Made by a program: the position numbers and the translations under genes
Part shown: one piece after another, positions 1 to 13,463 of the stretch
Layout: each line of letters starts with the position of its first letter
How positions within the stretch are numbered: the first letter of the stretch is position 1
Assembly: GCA_028534125.1 (NCBI GenBank)
Contig: CM052817.1
Span: 13,022,001-13,086,000 of the forward strand
Reading direction: 5' to 3'
Length of the DNA stretch: 64,000 bases
Source of the DNA: Lama glama
Lineage: Eukaryota
Notes under the pieces: generated by a model
The model's database searches: none
Seen by the model: the letters and a program-made list of their open reading frames with translations, nothing else
What the model was told of the DNA's origin: nothing

Positions 1-699
1 TCTATACCCAGGAAACAAATACGAAGAACCAGGGGCAGGAACATTCCTGGTGGGTTCAAGGAAGAGCTAAGAATATTTAGCCTGAGTAACTTGAATGATG
101 GACTCATGAAGAGTTAACTTGACTGAGTAACTCACAAAGAGAGACGAGACTAAAGGAGGGTAGGGCTTGCAGCGGGGGTGAAGATGCTTCAGTTGAGTAT
201 CCTATGTGTTTTTATTTCCCATCTGTCCCTTCAAAATACTTTACCTTTATGCACTTTATAAACAATATGCTTTTCATACATTAGGAATCTTTCTATGTTG
301 CATTGTCCCAGGTGTTAATACCTTTGGACTCCCAACAAGGTGAAATCCGCAAGTATTAGTGTCTAAAGGGACTCAAATGACTGACAACAAATTTTTATAC
401 ACATCAGATGGTTTCCAGTTTTTCTATTGCCATGAAATTGGGGGGGTGTTAATACAGTTATTACCTAAAATATTATTAAAAGTGATTTGCGCTGATGGAT
501 CATTTCATTTGGAAGCATAGAGTTGGAAAGGCAATTGAAGAACCAAGTGACATTTTTTTTTAAGGAAACCTCTCCTATTTCCATCCGTGTGAATGATATT
601 TCCCAGGGAGTACGCATATAACAATTGAAAAGAGGACTAGACTTGAAGCAGAGTAATAATATGTAACATTCACTGATGGATACATGAGCTGATAAGAAA

Positions 700-920
700 G
701 AACGCTCCTAAAAACATTAAGAAATGCTAGTGATTATACTGGAGAGAAAGGAAATGTCCCTGATTGTGGTGGGAGAGGGGTTTCTATGTTGTATAAGTGC
801 TCAATTTTGTTTCCTGGATGGTGATTACATGAGTCTGCATTGTGATAAAATATTGAGCTGTACGTCTTTGTTTTGTGAATGTTTCTAAAGGTGTAATTCA
901 CAATAAAATGGCTTAAAATT
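700..920 (+). mobile_element. L1ME-type 3' end fragment
   Basis: CTGGATGGTGATTACATGAGT...GTGATAAAATATTGAGCTGTAC...CAATAAAA. Confidence 0.55.
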
Positions 921-1259
921 ATGGTAGGGTAAAATCCTGTGATGGGACTGCAAAGAAAATAATAGCCTGAGGAGAAGAGAGAATGGTTTGTAATGTCCTA
1001 CTGCTAAAGAAAGCCACATTCATGTGTTTTAAAATAGATAAAGGTATGTATCAAATTGCAGTAGTATTATTATTTCCCTGGATGCATTTATAAGTTTGAG
1101 GTCTTAGTTTTATGCAACGTGACTCTATTTAAACTATATTGTCACTTACAACTTTTGCAAGGCTGTAACTAGCCTTAAGATGAATATTTAGATGCCAATT
1201 TTTTTTTAAAAAAGAAATGAGCAAAGAGATACACAGAAAGTTTGAAGACCACTGGTTTA

Positions 1260-2410
1260 GAGATCAGGGGTACAAGAAAATACAGCAAGGCATCCTGAGA
1301 TTGAGCTGCCAAAAGAACCAAAGGAAAAGTAGGAGAGCAGAGTTCTCTGGAAGCACTGAAACAAAGGTGCTTCAACTAGGAAGGCATGGTCAGCTCTGAC
1401 CAACACAACGCTGCTGAAAGTCGGGCTAAAATGAGGACTGAGAACTCACCACTGGATTTGGCAATCAATGGTCAGAGGTGAACTTGACTGAGCTCTTTTG
1501 GGAGAGTCATGGGCAAAAAGCCTCACTGAAGTGTGTTCAAGAGAAAATGTGGGGAGAGGAACTTGGGACAGCAAACATGGTCTAACCTTTCACAGAGTTT
1601 TGCTTTAAAGGGGCACAGCTGGAAGGTGACGTGAGGTCAAACACGTTTTTGTTTTGTTTTGTTTTTTTAGTTTGTTTTTGTTTGTTTAGATAAGAGAAAT
1701 TACAGCATGTTTGTATGCTGGTGGCAACAATCCAGGTAAAAGGGGAAAAAATTGATAATACTGTGAAGAGAGGGGGATTACTGGAGCTTTATTCTTGAGC
1801 AGGTGAGAAGAGGATGGTATCTCGAGCACACGTCGGGGGCTTGGCCTTACTAGGAAATAGTTCTTCCAGGGTAAAAACAGAGACGGCAGATTATATGGAC
1901 TGAGCTGGAAGTTAGGGGACTATGTTTTGAGGGTTGCACGGCAGTTCTGAATAATTTTTTCAGTGTAACTGAAACAAGATCATCGTCATCTTAAAGTGAG
2001 AAATGAGGGGATATTGTTGGGGGTTGAAGAAAGACTGGAAGATGTGAAAGAATCGTCTGGAAAAGGGAGAGACTGAACAGATTAAGGGCATGTAGGAGGG
2101 TCACTTGAGGTTAGTGACCATGAGTTCAAAGTGATGCCCTGTAAACAGTTTTTTCTTTTCATCTTAGCCATCTTCAGCCATGTCCACCACTTTTCCCCAG
2201 CTCCAGATACAAGATGCAGTGCAGGCAAATACTGGACCTTGCTTAGCTTGAGGAAATTGTGAGTGAGTGAAGAAAATGATGGTCCTGAACTCAGTGTCGG
2301 TAATGAGAAAGTTGATGACATGAGGAAGATGAAAAGCAGTGGAAAGCTCCTAGAACCAATGGATGGATGATGCATTGTAGGTTCCAGTGGAATCAAAGCA
2401 CTGCTGAAAT
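1260..2410 (-). mobile_element. L2 LINE internal fragment
   Basis: Purine-rich antisense L2 motifs (ATGAGGACTGAGAACTCACCACTGGATTTGGCAA; GAGTTTTGCTTTAAAGGGG). Confidence 0.65.
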
Positions 2411-2489
2411 CTCCCTTTCCCATCCTCTTTTCCTGCCTCCCTTTTGCTTATGTATTTATTTGTTGCCTTCTTTTTTGTTTCAGTTCTAA

Positions 2490-2670
2490 ATGGCCTTGAA
2501 CAAGTTACTTAACCTCTTTGTGCCTCAGTTTCCAAATCTTTTAAATGGAGCTCACCTGTGTAGACTGTGGTAAAGCTAAACCGTACTTTGATTGTAATAT
2601 ATACATAAATCACGTGGAAGAGAGCTTGGCATCCAGCACATAGTCTACACACGTTGGCTAGTGATGCTAT
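2490..2670 (+). mobile_element. MIR SINE
   Basis: Core GGCCTTGAACAAGTTACTTAACCTCTTTGTGCCTCAGTTTCC. Confidence 0.7.
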
Positions 2671-3906
2671 TATAATCCGTCCTTAATGCTTTTCCTTCTT
2701 TAAATGTTTATTACACTTCAACCGTGTTCTGGTCCCATGAGAGATACTGGATCACAAAGATGAATATAGCACAGGTTCTCTGCTTCCCATGAACTCACAA
2801 TGCCACCAACACTAGGAGAGGTAACTGCATAGGGTGCTCTGAGATCGTACAGAAATACACACCTATCTGTGCCTGAAGCCGATTTCTTGTGGATGAGAAG
2901 GAATTAGCCAATTGGAGGATGTTTGATAGGACCAAGAAGGGAATTCTAGAAGGAGAGAAGGGTGCTACCTAAAGTAATAATTCTTAAAACAACATTGGAG
3001 GGCGCAGGAATCCTCATGATGGGCTGAGCCTGTTCTGAAAAAGGCCAAAAAATTCTGGGGTTTCAGAATGTGAGTGGAACATATTTCAGAACACTCCTCA
3101 TTTTCATACAACTAATTGCTACTTACTATTAACCTACTGAGTGAGTTATTGAATGTCAATACATTTTGTAGTCTTATATTACAATTAGCTCATTTCAAAG
3201 AGTTTTCTGCAATACTCAACTTGGTATTTTACTAAGAAATCTGGCTTTCAGGAAATGCTTTACAAAGTATCTGAGCTTCTATTGCATGTTCACATAGTCA
3301 GAATATTTCTAAAAAATTCAGAGAAGATGCTTTGCTCTCCATGCATCATAGTGTTACTTGAATAGCTGGTGGTTTCCCTCAGCCATTCTTGCAAAAATTT
3401 ATATCAGTTTGGTTTTATCTGTATTAGTTTTGTTGCAAATGTTCAACTAATTCTACAAAATATAGCAACACATATTTATGTTTGGGGATTATACTTTTCC
3501 AATAAGTAAACCTTCAGAATTGTATACACTGAAACTTAAAAATCATTCATGTTTTTATCACTCATGTAGATAGATAACCTCCCATAAATTCCTTGAACTG
3601 ATTTTTTCTTGGTCATATGCTATCTCACACTGATTACAGATTATCTCACAAAAAAATCTTGTAACATATTATCAAGTTAAGTTGTAATTAAAACAGTAGG
3701 TAATTTTTAAATTTAGGGCACATTTTAATAAAATAGGAATCACAAATACAATTCCAATTATTTACCAAGTAAATGGTAAGCTGTTTATGTGCATTGCTAG
3801 CAGCAGAGTTTCTGCAAGGACAATTATTTCTTCTCCAAATTTTTTTTTTCTCAGTCAACAGCTGGAATAAAATGGGGTTTTATGATCCTTGGAATCCTGG
3901 TCCTCA

Positions 3907-4400
3907 TGATAGACAGAATGATGTCCCTCCAAAGATGTCCACATTCTAATCGTCAGAACCTGTGACCATATTACCTTACATGTCAAAATGGACTTTGCAA
4001 ATGTGTTTAAATTAAGGATCTTGAAATGGAGCTATTATGGTGAGTTCTCTGGGTGTGCCCAGTATAAGCACAAAAGTCGTACAAGTGGAAGAAGAAGGCA
4101 GGAGAACCAGAGTCAAAGGAGGACACGTGACAATGGGGTAAGTCAGAGATAGATTTGAAGCTGCTACTGTTCTGTTTGCTTGGAAGATGAGAAGAAATCA
4201 CACACAAATGAATTTAAGCAACCTATAGAAGCCAGAAAGGCCGAAGAAAGATTATCCTAGAGCCTCCAGAAAGAATGCAGCCCTACCTACAATTTGGTTT
4301 TAGGACCTCTGACCTCCAGAAATGTAAGATACTAAATTGTGTTGTTCTAAGTGACCAAGTTTATGGTGGTTCGTTACAGCAGCAACAGGAAACTAATACA
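3907..4400 (+). mobile_element. MaLR solo LTR (MLT1D-like)
   Basis: Starts TGATAGACAGAATGATGTCCCTCCAAAGATGTCCACATTCTAATC and ends GTTACAGCAGCAACAGGAAACTAATACA; ~500 bp. Confidence 0.85.
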
Positions 4401-5689
4401 GTCCTACTTAGGATATTGCAGTCATTAAAAAGTTGAGAACAGTCGTGAGGAGCATCTTTGAAAATAGACAGCAGTAAACATCTCCTTGGACCTACTGGAC
4501 ACAGAGAACCCTTTGAAGGCTTTTCTGAACCCATCTTTGAGATCAAAAATGATCTGCTTCTCATGGGAATCTCTAGGAGAGAATACCAGATCTAATTTTT
4601 ATACTTTGATGCTTCAAACATGGTAAACACATAAGTAGAGAAATATGACATTATGAGTTAATAAGCATTTATTGAATCACTCTGGTTCCTCAGACCTATA
4701 TTAGCACTCGCACTGCTGCCTTCACTACACATGAACGGAAACAGCAGGGTTGAGAGCCCACATTCATATCCATTCCTGAATATGTTTGTCCAACTGCATG
4801 GACTGTAAAGCCAAACACAAATATTTACTAATTGAATTGCATTATCCATGCTTTGGAGTCCCTTCTTAAACGGAATAATACAGAGTTGTTGCATTTCCCT
4901 TACAGTTCATAAACAAGAAATGTGAGTGGAATATTATTAGGTAAGTTATTCCAGTAGAAGATCATAAAATGCTACACTCTGTCTAAAGTTATAGGGGATG
5001 TACTTGGTCACATTGGTGGAGTAAATACCAGGTGTAGGTATGAATTTCCCCTAGCAGTGTTCTAGTCTATGCTAATCTGCATATATCTTTGATAAATCGC
5101 CAAACTTTATTCCTTACATAATAACTACTGCTTTGGTTTGAAATTTTAATAGTTTAGGGGTTGAGAAATATCTAAACATTGCAAATAGCTTAACCATCAG
5201 TCCACTAAGAGAGCAGAAATAAAAACAGCATCTGATTACCTGCTCCAAATGCTTCTATAAACATATTTTTAAAAACACTTTTTAAGTCTTTCTTAGCTGC
5301 TTTTCCCAAGTTGGACATTTTAAAAGTACACTAGAGTAACATGTTTTACTTAAGATGATGGGTCTAAATGTGCTTTTAGTGAAGAACTCTGTAAGAGTGG
5401 CATGGCTCATACATTTGTGTTACTTTTTCACAGTGGAGTAACAAGACTTCTTGAGAGATGTGTTACACGAAGATATTGCTTAATAAAAAGTGCTGGATAA
5501 TTGATTCATTGGATTCTAGCTAGTGTCTTGGTCACACAGAAAGTATGATTTGGATTTAGGCTTGTCTCGTTTCAGGAGCTGGAGCTGCCAGGGAGACTTC
5601 TAGCTTGGTTTTTTCCTTCATCCCTTTGCAATGTTGGTTTTGCAAAGGAGAGTCATGTTGGATATCTGCAAGTAACAAACAGTAACAGT

Positions 5690-6250
5690 CATATATTCCT
5701 AGAATAATAAGGTTTATCAAGTCATCCCCAAACTGGTGGCTCAAAACAGCAATTATTCATCTGCACTCACATATCTATGAGCAGCTGAGCACTGGCTGCC
5801 TAGGCTTCGTGTCACTGGCCAAAGCAACCCACATAGTCAAGGTCATTATCAATAGAATGAGGAAATATATACACTGTGTCCAAGCAGGAAGAAAAAGAAA
5901 GATAATATTTTGCAAGCCAAATATAAGCCAAAAATCAATTTATTGCAAAGATATAGCATAGCTCAAAGGACCAAAGGAAGAGCTGAAGAATCAGACTTGT
6001 CAAAGAAAGATCATGGATCCAGGGAGGAACCAGAAGATAGCCTTTGTAGGTACTGTTCACCAGGTGAATGAGCACCAATTATTTTCACTCTCTGTGTCTC
6101 TCCCATCAAGTTGAAAATTCCAAGGAGAGTGTATCTGTTGAGCCATGGTTGGTTCATGTACCTGCTTCTTGGGTTGGTTAACAGGACTTGGTAGTGTAAA
6201 CAAAGGCTCATTTTTATTTTATCTTTCCTATCTGCCATCTTGGATGCCAT
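5690..6250 (-). mobile_element. Old MLT1 LTR fragments
   Basis: ATCCCCAAACTGGTGGCTCAAAACAGCAATTATT and CACTGGCCAAAGCAACCCACATAGTCAAG motifs. Confidence 0.45.
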
Positions 6251-6844
6251 CATTTTAAGGAGGGTGCCGCTGGAGTTTGTAGGACTGACAGCCAGCTTTG
6301 TTAGGAGTTATAAAGGTAATTAGATCTTCGCTGTTTGTAGCTAATCATAGAAAGAAAATTTCTGTCCTGCCATTCTAGGAATGAGTCTGAAATGAATCCT
6401 GAATGATTGGGAGACTATGGGACAAGAGAATAATGATTTACATGAGGTAAAGGCTGTCCTCACTGCTGGTGATAACGGTCATCTTTTCTCCACTCGTATA
6501 CACTGCACAGGGGACGAAAACACCCAAATGAATATCGGAGTATCTTTCAGAAGAGTGTAAGGGATAACAGATGCAAGTAAGCAATGAACAAATATCACTA
6601 TGCACAGCAAATAGCACCGTAAGTACGAACTTACTGAAATCTCTCCTGTCCTTTGAGATTTATGCAACAAACATACTACAAAAACTACAAAAAATAAGAG
6701 AATATATAATTCTAGACATTGGTAGAGAGGCATAGATGATAACATTGAATAAATCATGCATAAGTATGCATGGCTGAGCTACTCACTCATAACAACACTT
6801 CCCAATATTACAAAAATTCACATTAATTTAAAATATAGATTTTA

Positions 6845-6940
6845 TATGTATAAAATTAGATATATGTATAGAGAGAGATTTTTATATATGTGTGTGTATA
6901 TATACATATATATAGAGAGAGAGATGTGTTATGTATGTAT
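6845..6940. repeat. Compound (TA)/(TG)/(AG) low-complexity microsatellite
   Basis: Mixed dinucleotide runs. Confidence 0.8.
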
Positions 6941-7706
6941 GTTTGGGTACCATGTAAACAATATGTACCTAATGTGTAAAACATGATACTGATATTTTTA
7001 TGCTGGCAACTAGCTGGGCACTGATGCTAGAGTTACTTTTAATTTCGCTTTAAATAAGTTTGACCTAAAACTTTTATTTTAAAATACATCATAAACGGAT
7101 TTATCATAAATGAAGCAAAATAGTAAATCTTTCTTTTCACCTTAATATATAATTTTGAATATTTTAGAAGAATAACTTCTTGAAAAAATACTTCTGATTT
7201 TCAATGTTTTTTCATTTTCTTTCAGTTAGGCTTTTAGATGAAATGTCATATTTGTGCATTTTGAATAAGTTATGCTTTGTTTTTAACCCTTTAGAATGTA
7301 TAAATTGTGATTATGATAGGAATAGATAACACGAAAGTACAGGTAAGGGAAAAAAAAGATGTGGAAATCTTCAAAGGAGGTGCTTAAAATTTTTAAAATC
7401 TAGAAGCAATAGAAGTGAGCATGCTCTTCTTGAGAATACTCTGCACAAAATTTATAAAAAAGGCATTATATTTTCTTTATTTAATGAAAGTTACCTATCA
7501 AAACAGTAAAAATGAACAACAGGTCAGATAAAATCCCAACAACCTCATGTTTCTGAATAGCTGAAAATATAAATAGTCCAAAACGATGAGAATGGAAAAG
7601 AATTGTCCACATCAAATTCACAACTCAGACGAAACAAATACCACTTTTTAATGGTCTCTTTATTAAAGGATGAAGTAAAGTGCGTTTGTAAAATAGGCAA
7701 AATTGA

Positions 7707-7971
7707 GGGAGTGGGAAGGGATAAACTGGGAGTTTGAGATTTGCAGATACTAACTACTATATATAAAATAGATAAACAGTAGGTTCATACTGTCTAGCAC
7801 AGGGAGCTATATTCAGTATCTTGGAGTAACTTACAGTGAAACAGAATATGAAAATGAATATATGTATGTTCATGTATGACTGAAGCATTATGTTGTACAC
7901 CAGAAATTGACACAACATTGTAAACTGACTGTACTTCAATAAAAAATGTATTTAAAAAATTTTAAAAAATG
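7707..7971 (+). mobile_element. 5'-truncated L1 3' end (cetartiodactyl type)
   Basis: Typical L1 3'UTR ending ...ACATTGTAAACTGACTGTACTTCAATAAAAAA. Degenerate 16-bp TSD at 7691-7706 and 7972-7987 (3 transitions). Confidence 0.85.
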
Positions 7972-9456
7972 AAACAAGCAAAACTGAAAGAAAAAGACCC
8001 AAATCTCTGGAGCAGTACTATCTGTTTCAGATAATAACCTTGGAAAACAGCTATCACTTCCTTCTGACAGCATGAGAGTGTTTGTAGTAAAACACAATCA
8101 AATCAATGGTTATAAATTTTTACTAGATATACATGGTAGAAAAATTAGTATTTAATTTTACATTAAAATTATTTTAAATGGAGAACAATTGTAGACATTG
8201 ACATCTGTATTCTAAATCAATGGCAAAGAATTGTGATTACATTTACATGTTTCCCAACTAATCTTCAAGTCCAGCCTTGACTAATGAAGGTATCCATGAG
8301 TGCAAACAAAAGTTTGTGATTAAAGAAACACAAAATACTGCTTTCCAATACAAAATATAAATCACAAATGCAGTTACTAGTACTCAAAATTCTGAGTAAA
8401 TATTAATAAATAACATTCACCAAAGATAAATGCCAACATATTACTGCCAACACAAAAATTAATACTATGTTTAATGTTAGCTTGTTTAATAATAGCATGT
8501 TTAATATTAGCTGAGCATAACAATGCTTTTCATGGCACAAAAAGAACAATATTTATAAAAAGGAAAGCAGAAAGTTCAGTTTATTTGAAATTATTTCCAA
8601 ATTAAAAATAATGAGTTTTACCATCTGGGATGGAAAAATAAATACTAGATTACTAGTTTACTGAGGAATAAAATAAGAAATTACAAATAAATAAAAAGTA
8701 AATTCTATTCAATTCATTTGATTATACCAGAGACAAAAGTTATATTGAACTACTAGTATTCATATAATTATTGTTGAATTCCCAGAAGAAAAAAATAGAC
8801 TTGAATTCATTGGTTTAAATCTAATGTACTAAGTATCCATTATGACTTAAGAACTAAAAAATAATTTTCATTTTCAGCATTGATTTAAAAGATTTTCTAT
8901 GACTAGGACAATGATCTTAACATAATTAATAATTTAAAATGTATACAAATCAGAATCTGGGACAAAAATCCTAAAACATATACAGTATATAGTTAGATTT
9001 TGTTGCTAGGAGCCATGGCTATGACTTACTAATAGTAATGATGTTCCTAAGAAAAATTTAAAGATTGCATACAGTTTTTTAAAAATGTGCCCAAAGATGG
9101 GACAAATAACTTGATAAAGCAAATTAAAAATACCGACCTTATAAACATAGTGGACCCATGATAATAATGCCAACTAAATACTATTAAAGCAATTGGATTT
9201 GATTAGGTAAGATATGGGATGTTTTAGAACAGAGAAAAACTAACAGAAGACCCTCAAAGAGTGAATCATGATCTTAGGTGAAAATTTAAATTAATAATGA
9301 ACATGTGCTACTAAGTTATTTGTCATGAACTGTTGCTGGTTAGCAACAATGTTAGCAGAAGCTTACCAAGCAAACAAACAAACAAAAAACAAGAAAACTA
9401 AATTTGGCTGTTTTACATTTCAAAAGTTAAAAAATACATATTAAAAACGTTTATAT

Positions 9457-9909
9457 GTTTTTATTTTTATTTTTTATTACAGTAGTCAGTTTACATTTTT
9501 GTGTCAATTTCTGGTGTACAGCATAATGTTTCAGTCATACATATATATACATATATTCCTTTTCATATTCTTTTTCATTATAGGTTACTACAAGATATTG
9601 AATATAGTTCCTTGTGCTATACAGAAGAAACTTGATGTTTATCTATTTTATATTTGGTAGTTAGTACCTGCAAATCTCAAACTCCCGTTTTACCCCTTCC
9701 CACCCTCTTCCCCCGCTGGCTGCCCAGCAACCATCAGTTTGTTTTCTATGTCTGTGAGTCTGTTTCTGTTTTGTGAATAAGTTCATTTGTATTTTTTTTA
9801 TTCCACATATGAGTAATACGGTATTTTTCTTTCTCTTTCTGGCTTACTTAGAATGACGATCTCCAGGTCCATCCATGTTGCTGCAAATGGTGTTATTTTA
9901 TTCTTTTTA
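9457..9909 (-). mobile_element. 5'-truncated L1 3' end, same family as 7707-7971
   Basis: T-rich tail, then the reverse complement of the same 3'UTR, running into ORF2-end sequence (TCCATCCATGTTGCTGCAAATGG). Confidence 0.85.
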
Positions 9910-10057
9910 AATCAGTGGAAACTACACATGAAATATGCAGCAAAAACAAAATTGCAGCAAAATGTAAGACTTTAGAACAAGGAAATAAAAATTTTTCAGG
10001 CGTATAAAGGAGAAAGAACATTGCAAATATCACCAATTTCTACAGAAAGTACATGGC

Positions 10058-11088
10058 TTTTTTTTTCATAGACTTATTGAGATAATTTCACAACCATAAA
10101 ATTTACCCATTTAAAGCAGTCAATTCAATGGTTTTTAGTATATTCACAGAGTTGTGCAACCATCACCATGATCTAATTTTGCCATATTTTTCAATAGCAG
10201 CTTTATTAAGATATAATTCACATACCATAAAATTCACCTTTTTAAAGTGTACAATTCAGTAGATTTTAGTATATTCAGAGTTGTACAACCATGACCACTA
10301 TCTAATTCCAGAACATTTCCTCACTCTGAAAAGTAACCTCTTACCAATTACCAGTTGCTGGTTATTTCTGCCTCCTCTCCTGCCCAACTTTCTCCATCCC
10401 TGGAACCACTAATCTACTTTCTACATCTATGAATTTATCTTTCCTGGACATCTCCTGTAAACAGAAATATGACCTTTTATGTCTGTCTTCTTTCACTAAA
10501 CGTCATGTTTTCAGGTTACATCTTTTCTGTAGCATGTATCAGAACTTCACTTTTATGCCCCAATAATATTCAGTTGTATGGATATACCACATTTTAGTTA
10601 TCCATTCATCAGCTGATGGACATTTGGGTTGTTTCCACTTTTTGGCTATGATGAATAATACTGTTATGAACATTTGTGTACATGTTTTGTGTGAACATAT
10701 GTTTTCAGTTGTCTTGGATATATACCTAGGAGTGGATTGCTGAGTCATGTGATAATTCCATTTTAACTTTTTGGGAAGCTGCCAAACTATTTTTTAAATC
10801 AGTGGCACCTTTTTACATCCCCACAAGCAATGTATGAGAGCTCTAATTTCTCTGTATCCTCACTAACACTTGCCATTACCTGTCGTTTTGATTATAGCCA
10901 TCTTAGTGTGTGTAAAGTGGTATGACTTTTGGCTTAAATTTTCATTTCCCTAATGGCTATAATGATGTTGAACATTCTTTCATGTGCTTATTGGTAACTA
11001 GTGGACCTTCTTAGGAGAAACATTTATTCAAATCTTATGCCCCTTCATATTCGGACTTTTTAAAATATTTATACTGTTGACTTGTATT
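10058..11088 (-). mobile_element. Old L1M (L1MB-like) elements: short 3'-end copy (10058-10180) followed by a longer copy with an ORF2 C-terminal remnant
   Basis: ORF 10539-10748(-) reads CTQMFITVLFIIAKKWKQPKCPSADEWITKMWYIHTTEYY, the L1 ORF2 C-terminus. Two similar 3'-terminal segments lie in tandem. Confidence 0.85.
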
Positions 11089-11118
11089 TTTTGCCATTTT
11101 AAGATTAAGATATAGTCT

Positions 11119-11336
11119 CATATTTTTTATTGATTAAATTTGACATTGTGTAAATTTAAAGTGTGCAATGTGTTACTTTGATAATTTACATATTATAATA
11201 TGATTGAAGTTATAGCAATATTTATTACAAAACACAATTACCATAAAGTATTTTTGTCTATATTCATCGTACTGTGCATTAGATCCTTATGGTATATTTA
11301 CTACTCATTGAAAGTTTGTACCTTTAAACAACATCA
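11119..11336 (-). mobile_element. L1MA-type 3' end fragment
   Basis: T-rich start plus L1 3'UTR motifs (ACTGTGCATTAGATCC, AAAGTTTGTACCTTT). 13/15 TSD at 11104-11118 and 11337-11351. Confidence 0.65.
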
Positions 11337-12299
11337 ATTAAATTATAGTCTTGATAGAATAGAAATTTGATAAAATTGAAAAAGTATTGTTCTTTTTGGT
11401 TTGCCTTATAACATACAGCTTTTAAAAATTCGAAAAAACTAAGTAATACAGATGGATCTATATATCACTTTAAAAAGATGATTAAATTACTGTAGAAATT
11501 ATAGTAATTCAATACATAATATCAAAATACTCTAAATATTTATACGATCTGATAATATATTGGTGAGACCCCTTTATACTGTTTGAACATGATATGTTAA
11601 AATCCATAGTTTGTTTCTGAATTTAAATATTTAACAAAATTTGTTGGCAATTTCAGTTACTACTGCATCTGCAGAGCAAAATTTTTCAGAGTTGAAATAT
11701 ATGCAGGAAAAAAACTACCTAAACACATAAAATAATTTAATTTGGCATTACTGTCAGTGAAGCACAAATTATGTGAAAGAATTTATTATAGCAACATTAC
11801 TTAAGGGAAAATAATTTTCCCTCTAAATATAGAATGTTTCATGAATTATATTCTTATTATTAATATAAGCATCTCCAGTCCAACAACAAAGCACTCCATC
11901 AGTAGCCATAATAATTAAAGCAGTTGTCTTTGTTATTTTTCTTTCTTTTAATCAAATGAAAAACACAGTTTTATACATGTTTTTTAATTTTGCTGTATTT
12001 ATGTCAAAGTCAAGCTATGAGACTATGGTATATGTATTTAACAGTCTGTTAACTTCACTTACGGTTTTCAAAAATTTATACATGCCAATTTGTTCTCTTG
12101 TCCCTAGACTGTTCTGATCATGGCTATTGTCAAAAATTTGTGAATGGATTATGATGATGTATATTTTGCTATTGTACACAATGAATCAGTGAAGGGAGGC
12201 TAAATATGAGTCTCTCACTCTTATCCTGGAGGGCCCAGGCTTGGTATCCATGATTCAGCTGAGAGGGAGAGGCGTGGGCAGGAGGCAGCCAAAAAGTCC

Positions 12300-13463
12300 T
12301 GCCAATCTAAAAAGTCTGCCTGGAAAACAAATATGGGCAGTTATCACCACATGTTGCCATCTGAACCAAATAGATTAAAATCCCTAGAACATCATGAAAA
12401 AATATTATTAAGAAAATACACTATCTGTACTAGCAAATCCCAGAGAAAATATAAGCCAAATTATAACTGTCTGAGACTGTAAAGACTAAAATGACCTTTG
12501 GTTCTCCTCCTTTGGTAGGCACACAGCAGAGTGAGAAAGGCACTCAGCACATCAGGAAAACAGATTCATCTCTAATGCCCACTGCAGATGTGGCAAATAG
12601 AGCAGAGAGCCAAAGATCATGGAGAAACGCAATGGACTTGAAACTTCTCTGGCAGGAAGCAAAATCAGGGACTAATCAAGGAGCATTTCCATCCCATGCT
12701 CACTTTCTACAGTGGGAGGTCCCCACCTCCTCTGCCTGGTAGGATTTCAGAATTGTTGTGGATCAGATTTATTGACTGCCATGTGTCTTCTATTCTTCCC
12801 GTCTCCAAATAGAAGTGTTTAATAGTTACTCTGTCCTGTTCTACTATTGTATATTTCTAGAGCATGGGTAACTTATCTTTTTAATTCATGAATATCCAGA
12901 GCAAGAGAAATCATATTCAGATTTGGTGTGGAGTCGACTGTATCATTCCCAAAGAGCCTAGGCTTTGAACTTGATGCCGTGGTAAAATGAGACTTTTGGA
13001 TTGAATTCTTTGGAGAAGGGTTGAGTATTATTTTGCTTATAGGAAGTAGAGTGAGTTGAATATTTGGTGACCTCAAGGGCTGAAGGTGATAGTTTGTAAT
13101 GCTGTTCACCAACTATTTCCAGCTTTCAGTCTCCTAAGCATCCAGAGGATAATACATCCTGTTCCATGTGTTGTTGAGTGGATCACACGACCAGCTCTGG
13201 CCAGTGGGTTATACTGAAAGCGGGATGTCACTTCTAGGATGGAGCTTTTCATTGCTGTGTAAGACCCAGTGATGACCAGCAATGTCTGAGATAGTAGCTG
13301 CTCTATCAGCCTGAGTCTAGAGAGAGTGACCATGAAACAAAACTCACAGCCAACACTGAACAGACATGTACATGAGTAAGAAAGAACTTGTGTCGTCATT
13401 ATGAGCCATAAAGAGATGGGAGCTGCTTATTACATTAAACGTAGACTTTCCAGATGGCTTATA
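12300..13463 (+). mobile_element. MaLR internal-region remnant plus 3' LTR (MLT1H/I/J-like; LTR ~13085-13463)
   Basis: MLT1-int-like motifs (GGATTTCAGAATTG, CTTTGAACTTGATGCC...GAGACTTTTGG), then LTR motifs (ATGTCACTTCTAGG, CATGAGTAAGAAAGAAC). Confidence 0.55.

Larger units (their letters stand above)
7000..12110 (+). mobile_element. Decayed hAT-Tip100 (Zaphod-like) DNA transposon interrupted by L1 insertions; left boundary uncertain
   Basis: Colinear transposase remnants: DPNLW 7996-8010, DYTRDKSYIELLVF 8720-8761, RSHGYD 9008-9025, LLAISVTTASAEQNFSELKY 11641-11700, NLALLSV 11739-11759. Sequence near 12030-12110 resembles the Zaphod 3' end as I recall it. Confidence 0.75.

Noticed and set aside
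10539..10748. 69-aa ORF with protein-like sequence
   Set aside because: Decayed L1 ORF2 C-terminus, not a gene.
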